Notes under the pieces: model-generated
What the model was told of the DNA's origin: nothing
Database searches by the model: none
The model's input: the letters and a program-made list of their open reading frames with translations, nothing else
Shown here: piece after piece, positions 46,102-59,000 of the stretch
Position numbering within the stretch: position 1 is the first letter of the stretch
Layout of the letters: each line of letters starts with the position of its first letter
Position numbers and translations under genes: made by a program
Origin: Ramazzottius varieornatus
Taxonomy: Eukaryota; Animalia; Tardigrada
DNA: 64,000 nt
Reading direction: 5' to 3'
Assembly (NCBI GenBank): GCA_001949185.1
Contig: BDGG01000003.1
Coordinates: 5,205,092-5,269,091 of the forward strand

Positions 46102-48654
46102 TTACTGTGATAGTGAAGTTTGATCGGGTAGGTCCACTGCAGGTTGCTTTGACTGTGGCAAGATGACGTTCGAGTCGGGCTCATTAAGCCTCGGTAGTTC
46201 GAGCGGTACTTGGCTCTTCAAACTGTTAGTTGGCGGGACAGCCAGGACATTACTAAAGACAGGGGGATTAACCCTGTCATGATGCAGCATTTTCCACAGT
46301 GTCTCCTCCTCGAACCTTCGTATATCCTGGCGGGACACGGACAGTTCTTTGGTGGCTGACCAAACAGCCTGGACCGCCATACCCGCCTTCCTACTTTTCC
46401 CATCTTCTTCCTTCAGCACTGCCTTGTCTTCTCTAACGACAATATCCACCATCTCTCCATCTGCCGTCGCGGCTGGGTGTTGTTCGGTGGGAGCGTTCTT
46501 CCAAGGTGGCGCCACAAGAAGATCCGCTGCTGCCGCTTCTCGTTGGCCTTCATTGATGATATTCAAGACGATCTGGCTGTCAGCTTCAGTGAAGCCCGAA
46601 GAACGTCCACGAGCTTCGTCCGCCTTCTTCCGGTCGAATTCAGGTATCAACTCTTTCACGATGGAGGCTACTAGCGATCGTTTATTGTCGGCTTCGATGG
46701 TCGCTGTGGGCTCTTGGCTAGGTAAAGGTGTCGACTCGCCATCTGCATATAAAACTGACACTCTTGGTCAAGCGCATAAACCAAGTTTCCTAAACAGCGC
46801 TCGGCAAGCAGCCTCGACCAGATCGTTTTCCCCAGTGAAGCACCACTTCAGCCAAAATACTGACGAAAAGGTGCGCCACTAGGAAGATGATAACTTTGAG
46901 CGGCGCACGCTATCAGCCAGTATCACTGTAAACGTGCGCCACTTGGAATGACGATCTTGCCTCAGCTGACTAGTTGAGCTCCCAGATGGTTTATGGGAAG
47001 CTTTGAGTGAACGTACGATCAGTCAGCTCCTCTTTTGTGAAACAAGACGGATCCGAGGAGAGCTTTTGGCGGAAGGCCTCAAGGCAGGCCCTGGACGTCT
47101 CATCGATGACCGCCAGTGGATGGACCCGCTTCACCACGCGCAGCGCGTCCTGCAAAAAAGAACACCTTAGTTGGGTTTGGTAGTAACCCGGAAGGAACAC
47201 AGCTTCAACCAAGCAAGACACAAGAATGGCTTGCAGACGTCCTCACCTCAACCTCCAGCAAGTCGTACTTGATGAGGAAGGCGACCAAAACTGCAGCCGC
47301 CATGGTATCGCCTCGTTGGCCGTACACCAGCACATTGCGCTCATCCCTCAGGTGTTCGTCTGCACAGTTCATCTTCCATTAGTGCTGAACTCAACCGGCT
47401 GATTTGCACGGAAAAACAAGCAGTGCCAAAGTCTACCGTACGAATAAAGTGACAGACGTTGTACAGTTCTTTCAAGTTGGCGGTAACAGCGCCATCGGTC
47501 ATGTCCGGCTGGTTGTCAATGGAGCAGCGATACACGTAGGCCTTTTCGTCCGGTGCAAAGCCGAACCTGCCAACAATATCTTGACGATATTGTTTTTTTT
47601 TCCATGTCAGGGAAGTAGTGCGGAGAGACTTACGCGCCATCTCGATAAGGAGTACAGTTGACATGGGCGTCGATATCGCACAACATATGGGCCACACGGT
47701 CGGCAGCCAGGCCATCGGCTGGGCAGTAAAAGAGCTTGCCGGCCAGGTCAACCATCATCAGTGGGACATGCAAAGGCAGTACTTGCAACTTGCCCAACTC
47801 CTACAGCACTAAAGCATACTCTGTTAAACGCCAACGACTATATAGTCAAATATTCCCCAGCGGATGTTTCTGTGAAATGACAGGCCGACGAGCGGAGCGT
47901 CACCTCAAGTGGCGCACATTGCCCTTGTAATTGGCTGGTCGTGTGCGTCGCTTGACATAGCGATACAAGCCCGTTTCGTTAACCGGCCGCCCAGTATAGC
48001 TTCCTTACTCCGATGGTGTACGTCGCTTGGTAAGATTTGCAGTTGGGGTAATATTCGGTGAATCGTTCGAATCCTCCATTTAGCAGATAAATCCGTGACT
48101 GATTGCGGCTGCCTTTCAGTTGGCGCCAGACGAAGCTTGCTGCTTCTGACAACGGGCCTACGAAACAAGATAAATTCTTCTGCGCCTGTTGCACAGTGAA
48201 AAGCCAACGTCTGGTCTCTGAAATGCTATGCTCACCTGGAAGGCCAGCTGGGGAAGCATGCGATGTGCTCATATCGTATACGACGATCGTTTCCTTGTTA
48301 GTAATGTCTTCCCATCCGCCAGTCACTCGCCAACTTCCATCTGTGGCCTGTAGAGTACGATACAAGTACACACCAACGGGGTCAGGGCTCTACTGCGTAG
48401 GGGAGGAAGTCATTTCAACCAGACTTTTTGCTCACGTACCTTTACCACGCGCTTGGCCGTGGGCAGATGTCCTTCCTCGTACTCGTTCTTGGGTCGCGCA
48501 TCTAGAACAAGGAGTTGATTTAACTCATCGACTTTCCAAGGATCACGACAATCTCACCCAGGATGAGCATGTAATGGGGACGGGACAGACAGACAGTACG
48601 ATCCCATGTTCGATTGAGGCGGTTGTACAAGTCCGTCAATTGCATCCAGTTCAT
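46102..48654 (-). CDS. STYXL1/MK-STYX-like rhodanese + DUSP pseudophosphatase with long C-terminal tail, multi-exon
   Basis: LTDLYNRLN..PHYMLIL|DARPKNEYEEGHLPTAKRV; IVVYD; IYLLNGGFERFTEYYP; IDAHVNC; LYNVCHFI..NVLVYGQRGDTMAAAVLVAFLI. Confidence 0.82.
46795..46985. repeat. AAGTGGCGCAC foldback element, 2 units, last STYXL1-like intron
   Basis: gctcggcaagc arm, cagatcgttttccc, gtgcgccact; gagcggcgcacg..cgtgcgccacttg. Confidence 0.82.
47850..47975. repeat. AAGTGGCGCAC foldback element, STYXL1-like intron
   Basis: tcaagtggcgcac..gtgcgtcgcttga. Confidence 0.7.
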
Positions 48655-48794
48655 CCTCACCAACAACCAACTCCTACTCCCTCATTTGTACTCATTCTTT
48701 CATTTTCCCACAGCCATGCCTTCTCACATTTAATCTCGCCACAAACCTAACGATACAACGTTTCCAAGGGTGACAACACACAAGATCAGAACTG

Positions 48795-48995
48795 CCGCGA
48801 CATCAAACTCGACACCATCATTCCTCCAAAAGTGGCGCACCATGTCAGCCTATAAGACTAAGAGGTACGCCACTTAGGAAAAACAGACAAGATGTTCCAT
48901 ATCATGTCTCCAAGTGGCGCGCGTCTGCGGCCGCTGACCCTGCAAGCGGGCGCCACTTGGGAAAAACAATCTCTTCCAGTGTGTTTGCCCAGTTT
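48795..48995. repeat. AAGTGGCGCAC foldback element, 2 units, intergenic
   Basis: aagtggcgcacc..ggtacgccactt; caagtggcgc..gcgccacttg. Confidence 0.8.
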
Positions 48996-49191
48996 CAATT
49001 TGCGCTTTCTGACAAAAACATCATTTTCCAACATTTCAGGCGAATAAAAACTAAAACATACTATGACGACGTCAAAATCATCTAAAAGGTTCATGGCTAC
49101 AACGGAGGAACCGGAAGGATATCCAAATGCAAGTTAAAACTTCAACAGGGAAATGTACTAGTTTTCAAACGTCGAATCGATCTGTAGTTGC

Positions 49192-51399
49192 TCACGACCA
49201 GGTTTCAGTCTGGTATCGGCCCTCACTGACAAGTTGCTTGATATACTCCAGGGCTTCTTCCTCTTTCATGTCGGCATGCTGGCACAGCACTGTCTTCAGC
49301 GCGGCCTCCACTTCTTTCGGCATACTGTTGGCACTTCCGGCCAGATAAAAGAAGCCCTCATCTTCCACCAAAGCCTTCACCACCACCGCACCGGCTTTCC
49401 TGATCGAATCCTGCACGTACACCTTCTCCTCCTGATCCCGCGAGAAGGCCGGTGGAAGGACAGTCAAGAAGCCTTCCCCTTGCAAGACCTTCCACTCTTC
49501 CTCAAAGTAAAAGTCCTTGGCTTTGTTACGACAGCCGAAGAAGAGGATGGAATTGCCGATAGCCAGCGACACTCGCTCGTAAATGAAGGAGCGGAAGGGT
49601 GCCACGCCCGTACCTGGTCCCACCATGACTACCGGCTTGTCTTTGGTCTGCTCGAACTTGATCGTGCCTTTTTTGACCCAAAGAGGCACTGGCCTACCTG
49701 GCTGCAAGGAAGCCAACCAGTTGGAACAGAGACCCTTTCTTGGACGGTGGAGCTTCGTCTTATACTCAACTACGGCCACAAGCAAGTGTAGCTCGTCTTT
49801 GTGGTACCGAGCTGAACTGGCTATGGAAAAGGCTCGAGCTTGGATTGGAGGGAAGAGGTCAAAGAAATACGGCAAGGAAATCCGTTTCGCCTGTAGAACA
49901 AAATCACAAATTCAGAAACATATTTGTGGGATTTTTTCGGGGTTTTTTGAAATTTAATGTGGCCAATTTTCGAATTTAAATCTTTTAGAATTTTGGTCAT
50001 ATACATATATGCTTCGGTTTACAATTTCGATTTTTTTTCAAATTTTACTTTTACTATGATGTTTATTTTCTTCACCGTGTCGGAGAAGTCTTGCAGAATT
50101 TCCAGAGCGTTCCTTCTGGGACGGAAGCAGTAGTCAAAGAGGTCGTTTGCTCCAGCGGCTGAAGCAAATTCCGTCAGTCGTTCCTTTTCTCTTTCATCTT
50201 GAGCAATCTGAGTCAAAAGCTCGAAGAAAGACTTTCGGGGGACGCCTTGAAAGTCCCAGTAGTTGGTGGCGGCTTCCCGTATCGTGCAGGGGTTGGATAA
50301 CCTACAGTGCGGAGGTAGAGAGAAGTCCTCGTCGTTTATGGACAGAGAAATGAGCTGGTCACCGTCCAGTTCTAAGAATGTCAGCAGTTCGTAGACGGCT
50401 TCCGGTAGATTCTTCGGGAAAACGTTGACAGTGTCACCAGGAGCGTAGCTCATCCCAGAGGAGGCCAAGTCGAACTTCATGAAGCGGACGTTCTGGAAAT
50501 GGTCCTCTGCCGTGGCTCTTTTATTACTAATCAGTGTCGCTATAAGTAAAAAACAGTCGGTTTTTATAACCCTGAGCCAATACAGAACTAAAAAGCCGAA
50601 TATAATAACGCTCGTAAAACCATGTCAAACTCGCGCATGACGTCACTGCGAAACCGCCTATCGGCATTAGGTCATGATTACGTCACGCACCAACTGCACG
50701 ACCAATTTGACAGTTCACATTATCTAACATCACATCACACATAACATAACACAACATAACATGCGTTTTACCCTGAAATGGATGGTCAGCGTCGTACAGT
50801 CCACTCTTTCTGGGCATCTGCTTCTCTGACCACGACTTGTTTTCTACAGGTTTCTCAGAAAGGAAGTGAACGTTGAACGAAGGCTGGATCGTCTCGTCTT
50901 GAAGGGAAAACTCTTGGCCAGGAGGTAAGGGGAATTTCTCCATGAGAGTGTCCATCAGCTGAGCGATCCATGGATCAGCCACAAAGTCGATGCCGTGATC
51001 GTGCGACTCGTCTGCCAAGCCAATCTTGACGAAAGGTCTGGCTCCAAGCTTCCTCAGACGTCGGTCGAGCCTGATGGCTGTAATGTTAAAGTTTTGGTAA
51101 GAGGAATCGCCGATACCGAGGACGGCGAATTGGACGTCGTCAAGGACGGCAGGCAGATCACGGCGCCGTAGCGCCCTCCAGAAGGTCTTCATGTTGTCCG
51201 GCTCGTCTCCTTGTCCTGTCACGGAGCAGACAAAGACGACGAGAGGGGTGGAGGCTAGCCGGTGGATGGGGAAGTCGTTCATGGCCAGGAGTGAGGTGGA
51301 GAAGTGGCGCAGTTTGCCTTGCTTGCGAATCCTCTTGGCCAAGTCCATCGCCGTGCCCGTCTGGCTCCCGTACAGTATCACAAGCTGTCTGTCCATCAT
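49192..51399 (-). CDS. NDOR1: NADPH-dependent diflavin oxidoreductase 1 (Tah18 homolog), 3 exons
   Basis: LVILYGSQTGTA, VCSVTGQGDEPDNMKTFW, GIGDSSY, HFQNVR, YCFRPRR, RAFSIASS, GLCSNWL, MVGPGTGVAPFRS, FFGCR, AFSRDQEEKVYVQ, terminal YQTETWS*. Confidence 0.96.
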
Positions 51400-51991
51400 T
51401 CTTCTCCTGATACTTTACTTTCTATAGCACGTTGAACAACGCTGATCAGATAGAGATCGGGCGCAAGTCGAGACGCTAGTGAGCTCGACGACGACGAAAT
51501 TTCAGTTTCGAAATCGAGATTCGAGAATCGAGAACAGTTTGCTGAAACTCAATCAAACTTAGTATTCAATCAATTGACAGCTTGCGAACAGCTGATTACG
51601 GTTACGGTACGTCGGCGGTACGAGTAGGGATTCCCTACGCTTTTCCCCCCGAGCCCCTGCAATCAAGTAGGGAAAATAAAACGAGCGGTCTTTTGCTTGG
51701 TCCGCGTTTGTTGATTGATTCACTGATTGTGAAGAAGCGCAAGAGATGAAATGAAACGTGGGCAATGAACTGAACCAAACTGTTTAGCCAACTGACGCAC
51801 ATGTCCAGCCAATAACAATGCAAACGTGCGCCACTTGAAATGGCGATCTGATATTGATACAACTCATATGCTCCTTTGCTTTTACGCCTTTCCCGACTTT
51901 CTCAGAAACAGTCGAACTTTATGAAGTGCATTCACGACATGGTCCATTCCGCAATGTAGTCTAGGTGTTTGCTATTTTCAGAGTTGCTGCA

Positions 51992-52832
51992 ATGCTAACT
52001 TTCAAGCCGTCCATCTTGAAAAATAGCTCTGTCGCTGGTAAGCCGTCCTGGGCAGGTACGATCCTGGGAATCCGTATGGAGACTTGCAGTCAATTTCTGC
52101 CTTTTGCAGGTCTTGCCATATCTGACGCCATCATTCAGGTCAGGGCTTTTGGTGGAATCAAGGGATTTGTCTAACTTTCGAGCGGTGAGGAACGTTTTGA
52201 CGGGTTGCTACAAAGACTGGTGGTGCAATGCCAATTCACCTGGTTTGCTACGACGATGGGTCGCACAGTACCTGACATGGATGCCTTGAGACGCTACATC
52301 AAGAAAGGACAGAAGCGCTTCTTCTTCATCGGGCCGAATGCACCAACCTTCGAGGAGATCGCATTGGATATCGACCAGGTAGCCGAAAGAGCTGGCTCGT
52401 AGAAGCGGCTACATGAGAAAGAAGGTTCTCTGGTGGCCCAACCACCGACGGCACGAACTGCTGGTCATTTGATTGGCTAACGCTGGGGAGCCAATAACAT
52501 AATTTATCGTCAGGGTATTGTGCATGGACAATAAGCAAGGCTTTCTTGCAGGCCATCATCACGACTCCTCTGCGCAGGCTCTGCTGGCCGAGAAGTGGAA
52601 TTTGGACAAATACTATGTCCACGATGGTCAGAAGTGGATGAGTACACGAGACTTTGTCATAGTCGAGAATGGGAGAATCTGGACGAAGACTGGGATAGTT
52701 CTATCAATAGCTCGAACAGGGAAGTCTGAGAGCGAAGCGGATAGTAATTCAGACGAGCTGGAAACCTCCGAAGAACCGGCAACGACCGTCGCCAGCACGC
52801 CCGACGGGATTCGCAGTCCCAAGTTCACGTGA
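51992..52832 (+). CDS. Possible spliced orphan gene (model uncertain)
   Basis: Coding-like segments VQCQFTWF..PTFEEIALDIDQ and ALLAEKWNLDKYYVHDGQKW..SPKFT* can be joined by a phase-0 GT-AG intron; 5' exons unresolved. Confidence 0.3.
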
Positions 52833-52934
52833 GGGGGGAAGGACAAAGGCTTTTGGAAGCTGATCAGTCATTGCAACCTGTGTTAGTGCCGTTTTGTAAA
52901 ATTCGAAAGTTTCCTGAGTTAGACGGAAGCGGCG

Positions 52935-53112
52935 GAACAAGATTGGCTTTCCAAGTGACGCACGCTGTCAGCTTATAACACCAAAAGGGTGCGCCACTCG
53001 TGAAAGCAACTGAACTCGACGGTTTTACCCAGTAGCGCACGCTTATAGCCTTTGCCACTGACAAGGTGCGCAATTTGGGGAAACAGTCTGCTCGAGTGTG
53101 TTTGTCGAGCTC
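52935..53112. repeat. AAGTGGCGCAC foldback element, 2 units
   Basis: caagtgacgcac..gtgcgccact; cagtagcgcac..gtgcgcaatt; tttgtcgagc arm. Confidence 0.75.
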
Positions 53113-56019
53113 GCGGATCACTGAGATCACGACGGTCATTTTCCCTTTTCTGTTTCTCAAGGCTAGCCGAGAAAAAGACGATTGTGGATGATACCTTGGG
53201 TAAGAAGAAGGTTGGATGCTTGGTCAAACTGTGGCTAACTATGAATGAAGAATGGTTCGAAGGAGGCTCCATCAAGGACTAGTAGGTGCATAGATCGTAT
53301 TCGACCATAGTTGACATCGAATGGTGGCACATGATACATACTGTAGCAATATTTTCCTATTGTAGTTGTGCAATTCTGCGGACGTTGTGCATAATTAAGG
53401 CAAATACGTGGGACGAGGCCAAGCTGTCTGCTTTGAGGAGGGTTGCGGAGTTGTTAGCTAGAGTCCGACTGGCTGGGAACGATGTGTAGAAGGGGAGAAA
53501 GCACAGAAAATTCTACCTGGTCGGTCCGAACGCACCAACGTGCCACCAGACTTGGCTGGACATGAATGGATAGCCCAGCTGTGCAACGAACTGACTAACG
53601 GTATCGAAGGACCGACGGGAAACGGAGGAGAGGTTGACCGAGTGGGCACCTTCTCCTCGGAAAATGATTGGAGGTAAACATGCATTCTTTTCGCAGTGAG
53701 GACAGCGGAATCTGGGCTTGGATGCCTACAAGTATATGGAAGAGGGCAGCACGTTGCGCCCAATGCACAAGTACTTTACTGTTCATTGTGAAAAATTACC
53801 GAAGCCTCTTGAATTGCTATTCCGGACTGTTTTGTTCTGTAATAAGGTTCTAGTGAGTATAGGGCGTGTCCGTAGATATTAATAAAATGACTGCCAGTGC
53901 GCTGTCTGCATCTGAAGGTGGCCTGTGCCGCAGGAAGGCGCTAAGGTGCGCGTCATCTCTTCTGACAGTCAGCTTGGGCGTCCAGCCATGTTGGCCGATG
54001 GTCATCTTTACCCTGGCGGAAGGGATGGGCTTTAGCCCAAAGTATCAAATTATCTAGGCGAGATATCAATCACATTACACAACATCGTTCGATATGATTA
54101 GAGCAAGGGGAAAAAGGATGAAGGCGACCAACTCGATCACCCGATAATGACACGAAGCACAAGACGAAACGGACACCTATCACTTTGATCGCAATGTCCA
54201 TTCTAACGCTTGATTTGTGGAGTGTTGCCGGATATCGAACTGTGAATGCGGGCCTTGTCCTTCGCCTTACGTTCAGCTGTTCGAAGGTCGGCAAAAGGCG
54301 CCACCAACCCTCGATCACTTCGGATAACGGGAAAAGAATGCCGACGACGACTGCGGTTCACCGAGCATATGACATACTATACCTTCACCGCAAGGGACTC
54401 CAAAGTACGAATATGACATTGTGTCCTTTTTATCTCAAACTAAATTTCAATGGCTCCATTTTATCTAGGGGAGATTTGTCGGCTTGCTTTCTGTAATTCA
54501 AAAGGTCATTGCTTCTTCGTTTACCCAAGACAAGACAACGTTAATATTTAGTTATCCGGGTCGAGTTCAATTGCCCATGACGATGTGGAGTCGGATGAAT
54601 TCATGGCGTTGATCAAAACTGTGTCTTCATCAAGGCCCTAGAAATAGCAACTGTGAGTCCATTGCGGACCGAAACGGAGATGTGACGAATGAAGGCAGCT
54701 CGCCAGTTATATGTGACATGAACGACCATCGTTCGAAACTACAATTGAATACTGTCAGAAGTTTAATGGAGCACAAAATATGGCAGCCGCATTTGGCAGC
54801 GCGTTGGCGGAAATAAATTACCCGCTCTTAATTACCACACCATTCCCTTATCATTGACGATGATGGCGCTGCTTGTCTTCTTACGTAAGACTTACAGCAA
54901 AATGCAACTTTTACTCCTTTCTCCCTGGCCAAGGTTCTGCCCTTTCCTACAGAATCTGGTGTTTGTATATGTCAGAGGCGGCAAACGGTGCGGGCAAGAC
55001 GTTTTCCTTGGTATTAGGCGCAAGAGTGCGCCACTTGTAATGGCCATCATGCACCTTCATTCCCCGACCTCCCAGTTACTGTACTTTAGAATATTTTGTT
55101 GAATCGTCGGATTTTTACAACACGAATGTCTTCAGTTTTCCCCAGTTGGCCAGATGATGAGTGGGGTACTGGACGGAAATAGAGGGCAACAGGAGTGACG
55201 TCGTCCCTGTCACAGTTATTACAAATTGAGCAGGCGCGACTGGGACTAGTAGCGCTAGCACAACTGGTACGCTGCTAATTTTCTCACCAAAATAGCCCGG
55301 CTAAATTTATCTGCGATGTCGCCGTTGGACCTCCGTTCGAACTTCGCCATGTGGCGCATGCACGCGCTCGTTGCTGGCTTATCGTGGAATGTTTGTAGGC
55401 TTTCAGACAGCATTGTACGCCCTGTGTCTACGAAGATTCTTCAAGACAGCAACGGAGAAAATATATGCCTGTTGCTGCCAAAAGATTCATATGACCTAGA
55501 TAAAGTTATGTAATCGTAATTGATAGTTTGGCGACGTCGTATGCGCGTCGACGACGGGTTGCCCGAACTGTCAAAGTATCCACCCTCGCTATATTCTCGC
55601 CTTCGCAGTCTCGGTCGCAACTCCATCGCCACATGGTACTCGCTCCAAGCCTTTGTCTATCTTTCCGATAATGGATTGGCCGACAACGGTGCGCCGTCCT
55701 TGGAAATGTATCCGAAAGTTCATGAGAAAAACCCGACCGTGAAAACAGAACCCAAACATGACCGAGCAGAACTTGAACCATCAAGCAGCAACTAAGCCTT
55801 AAGTCTCCACAGGAACAGTCCACACCCTTTTCCAGTGTCCACATATCAAGCTTCTTCTGTTTCCCGAAAAGAAACTACAACCTACTGAAGATACGCAATA
55901 TTGAAGGCAAACTCCACACCTGGAAAATCGCCTGATCGATTCTCCAGGCCCTGTAGTGTACTCGACGCGCACCCTGATGGTGGAGAATGGTGGAGGATAA
56001 TAGGCAAGAGGCGGACAGA

Positions 56020-56130
56020 TGATTCGAGGCAGAACGTTGTCCCGACGTGGCGCACTCTTCCAGCCTATAACACTGGAAACGTGCGCCACGTCGGGAGAAT
56101 AGTCTGCTTCAGTTCATTTGCCGACATCCT
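56020..56130. repeat. Foldback element, 1 unit with matched substitutions in both arms
   Basis: tcccgacgtggcgcac..gtgcgccacgtcggga: both arms differ from consensus yet remain complementary. Confidence 0.8.
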
Positions 56131-56759
56131 TGCCACTGACGTCAGGCTGTAGGCCATTGACTAATTCGTTTGGCCGGAGCTTGGAAAGACATCTTCCAGC
56201 TCGTGGTACGCGAAGAGTTCAGATGGAACCAGGAAGAGCTTTTGCTTTGCTGACCACCGGTCAACAGGTCTGTCGGACAGTTGTGTTGATGCTGACTCGA
56301 GTACGAGATAACAGCATTCGACTTTGCCATTTTATTTTTAGGTTTCTTTGATTAGCCTGTTTGCGACAAAGTGGCAAGGTTTTATCGGCGAAAGCTTCTT
56401 TGTCAATAGACAAGCGCGATACGCTGCAGATATGGCTAAAGTGATCATTACACACTGGCCGCATATTTACAAATTTCTATGACTGCGGTCTGGCCTTGTT
56501 CCGACGATTGTGCTAAGGGCCTACTAAGTGATGGAAATGGCGCCGTAAAATGGGACAATATCAACACGGACGTGTTTAAAAAATCTTAAATGCATCTTTA
56601 ACTTGCGAAAACATTGGGAGTGCTTGCTTGATTACGATGGGAACTACGATAAACCCGGCTGTTTGTACTCTGCCTCAGTTTGGTCCTCTTATTTAGGTCC
56701 GCACTACAAAGTCTGCGACCTTCACCATAAAAATTGCTGTAAATGAAAGCGCGGCACAC

Positions 56760-56955
56760 GAATCCAAGCAGATCGTTTTCCTAAGTGGCGCACCTTCCTA
56801 GCTAGTATCACTGAAACTGTACACCACTTAGGACAACAATCGGACGTCGACAAGATTGTCCCTCCAAGTAGCGCACTTTTCTGGCCAATCATACCGTAAA
56901 GGTGCGCCACTTGGGAAAATGAGTTCCCGTCCGGATTCTGTGCCAAGCTTTCGAA
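56760..56955. repeat. AAGTGGCGCAC foldback element, 2 units
   Basis: cctaagtggcgcac..gtacaccacttagg; caagtagcgcac..gtgcgccacttgg. Confidence 0.8.
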
Positions 56956-57989
56956 TTTAGCTCATCTTGGCCAAAGAGAGATCAAAAGACTGATTCAAAA
57001 GAACGCACGGCAGTTTTTTCTTAATCACCGTAATTTCCGTAAACGGTCTTTGAATGTCAGTGCCTGTGGGAAACCGACTAAATCCCGGCACAGCTTTTTT
57101 CCTTGATATTTGAGTGTGGCGGGGAAGGCATTCAGGATATGAAAGGAGGATTTCTTCGCATTATGTGGAGATAATGACGTTTGTACGTCGGGTCCTTCAG
57201 TTCCACACACGCGCGTCTGGTAATTCAATATGTCGAGGCTTCCCAAGCTCTGCTCGTTTCCGTGTTGTAAAAAGTAGCGTACGTGCCTGGAGGTACGTTT
57301 TTGCCTAATTTTCATGCATGGCATGAGGTCTAATTAGATTAAGTTTTACGACCGACCTCGACTTGCAGGAAGAGACAGAGGACGCTTATGGATTGTCCAA
57401 CTATGGCCGAACTTTTCTTCCCGCGTCAACTCGATATTCCACTTCCGTTCCTGCATGCAAAAACGTAAAGCCCAGAAGGGTCTTGTCAGTTTTTGCACTT
57501 GCACTAGTACAAAGGCTATAATTAAAGGTAAATGTACGATGGCGCATGCGTCGTGGTTTCGTGGCCAAATAACGCAGACATATCAAGCAAACACCGGCCA
57601 TGGCCGCCAGCTGATAAATTTGTTTTTCTGCGGTTGCTCTTATCTGTCTCTAATACGAAAACCCTGCAAAGACGACAAACAACCTCGTGTTATTGTCAAC
57701 AAGGCGATCATTGTGGTTGTTTTCTGGCAGTCCATAAGTAAAGCAGCGTGACGACGTTATCGAGGAGAAGCTTCGGACCAAAGTATATACGCCGAAATAA
57801 ACGCGCGCACCGTCTTACCATGTGAACACATGCGGAACGAGTTAGAGTTTTTTCACACTGTTTTTTCTTGTATGAAACCATGATACTTTGACAGTACGAT
57901 CAAGATTAATGAAAGCCCAAGCACCGATTATATCGGGCCTTTGAAGCTTTTGTGACAGGACATCTTGGGGGAGCCACCAAACGGGGTCT

Positions 57990-58440
57990 GCACTCAAGTC
58001 AACTCGCGCACCATCTCAACTCGCGCAGACACGAAAGCTCAAACTTTCTCCGAGCATTCTTTTGTCGCACGAAACTGAAATATCTTGGTGGTACTTTTGA
58101 TGGTTTCTGGGATCATGAATGTGAACTGAATGTACTCGATGAATTTGCAATGGAATATGGGTAGTCGAAATGGTAAATGAGACTGCAAGTGGTGCCGCAT
58201 GCAGAGTCGGATGGATATTCCACATCCGCCGGATATGTTTCACTTCCGAAACATCTCGTAAAAATGCACGCTGGCTTCTTCGGCAGCTGTTTCAGACAAA
58301 TTTTATAACCGAAGACAGTGAGCAAAGTTTACGAAGTGTGGCTGCGAGTTGATACAGGACATTGCTTGAGGAGATTAACGAGCGCGGTAGTAAGTCAAGC
58401 ATGCTTCCATCGCCCATCAAATAGCCGCTTCTCCAACCTT
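57990..58440 (+). pseudogene. Decayed MULE (Mutator-like) transposase fragment
   Basis: Across frames: KLKYLGGTFD (cf. DGTF), LQVVPHAESDGYSTSAGYVSLPK..FF (cf. QLYTIH..G..P..YALLP), QACFH (cf. GCxFH); stops and frameshifts. Confidence 0.4.
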
Positions 58441-59000
58441 TTCTTATACACGCTGGCTCGTAAAAATGTGTATCTTGCTCTCCGATAAATTTACGTCTCT
58501 CAGGGACGCGACGGGGATGTATGCCGGGAGAATTGTCTGTAGTTAGGAATAGTATGTAGCAGGGTTTATGGTTTGGTCAAACTCACAAGTGCTGGAATTT
58601 CCCTTTTTCAGTTATCAAAATTGGTAAATTTGGTCGTGCTTTTCCCAAGTTTGCCATGAAAACACAAACCTGGGAGAGGTTTCGAAAAAACACCACTGGA
58701 GATAATTGTTAGACATCAAGTAAATTAAAAAAATAATAATTAGCAAAAAGTGATCGCTAGGGTCTTACTTCCCTTACGATGATTTCGTCCTCGTCAGCCT
58801 AGTCAGCCTCGTCGGCATTCAGGGCTTACTTCTCTGTAACTGTGGTAATAGTTTACGGGCAGAGCTTTAGTCAGTTTAGTGCTTCTTCAGTTTTGCTAAT
58901 TTATGACTCAAGAAGCACCTTCTGAGGCGTGTGCGCCGACAGCTTGGGGAGAATCCTTGAGTGCGCGCGGGATGATGCCTTGCCACCTGGGAAAAGTTTT

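Noticed and set aside
45458-46882. Plus-strand ORFs of 221 and 177 aa
   Set aside because: Antisense shadows of the F-box and STYXL1-like exons
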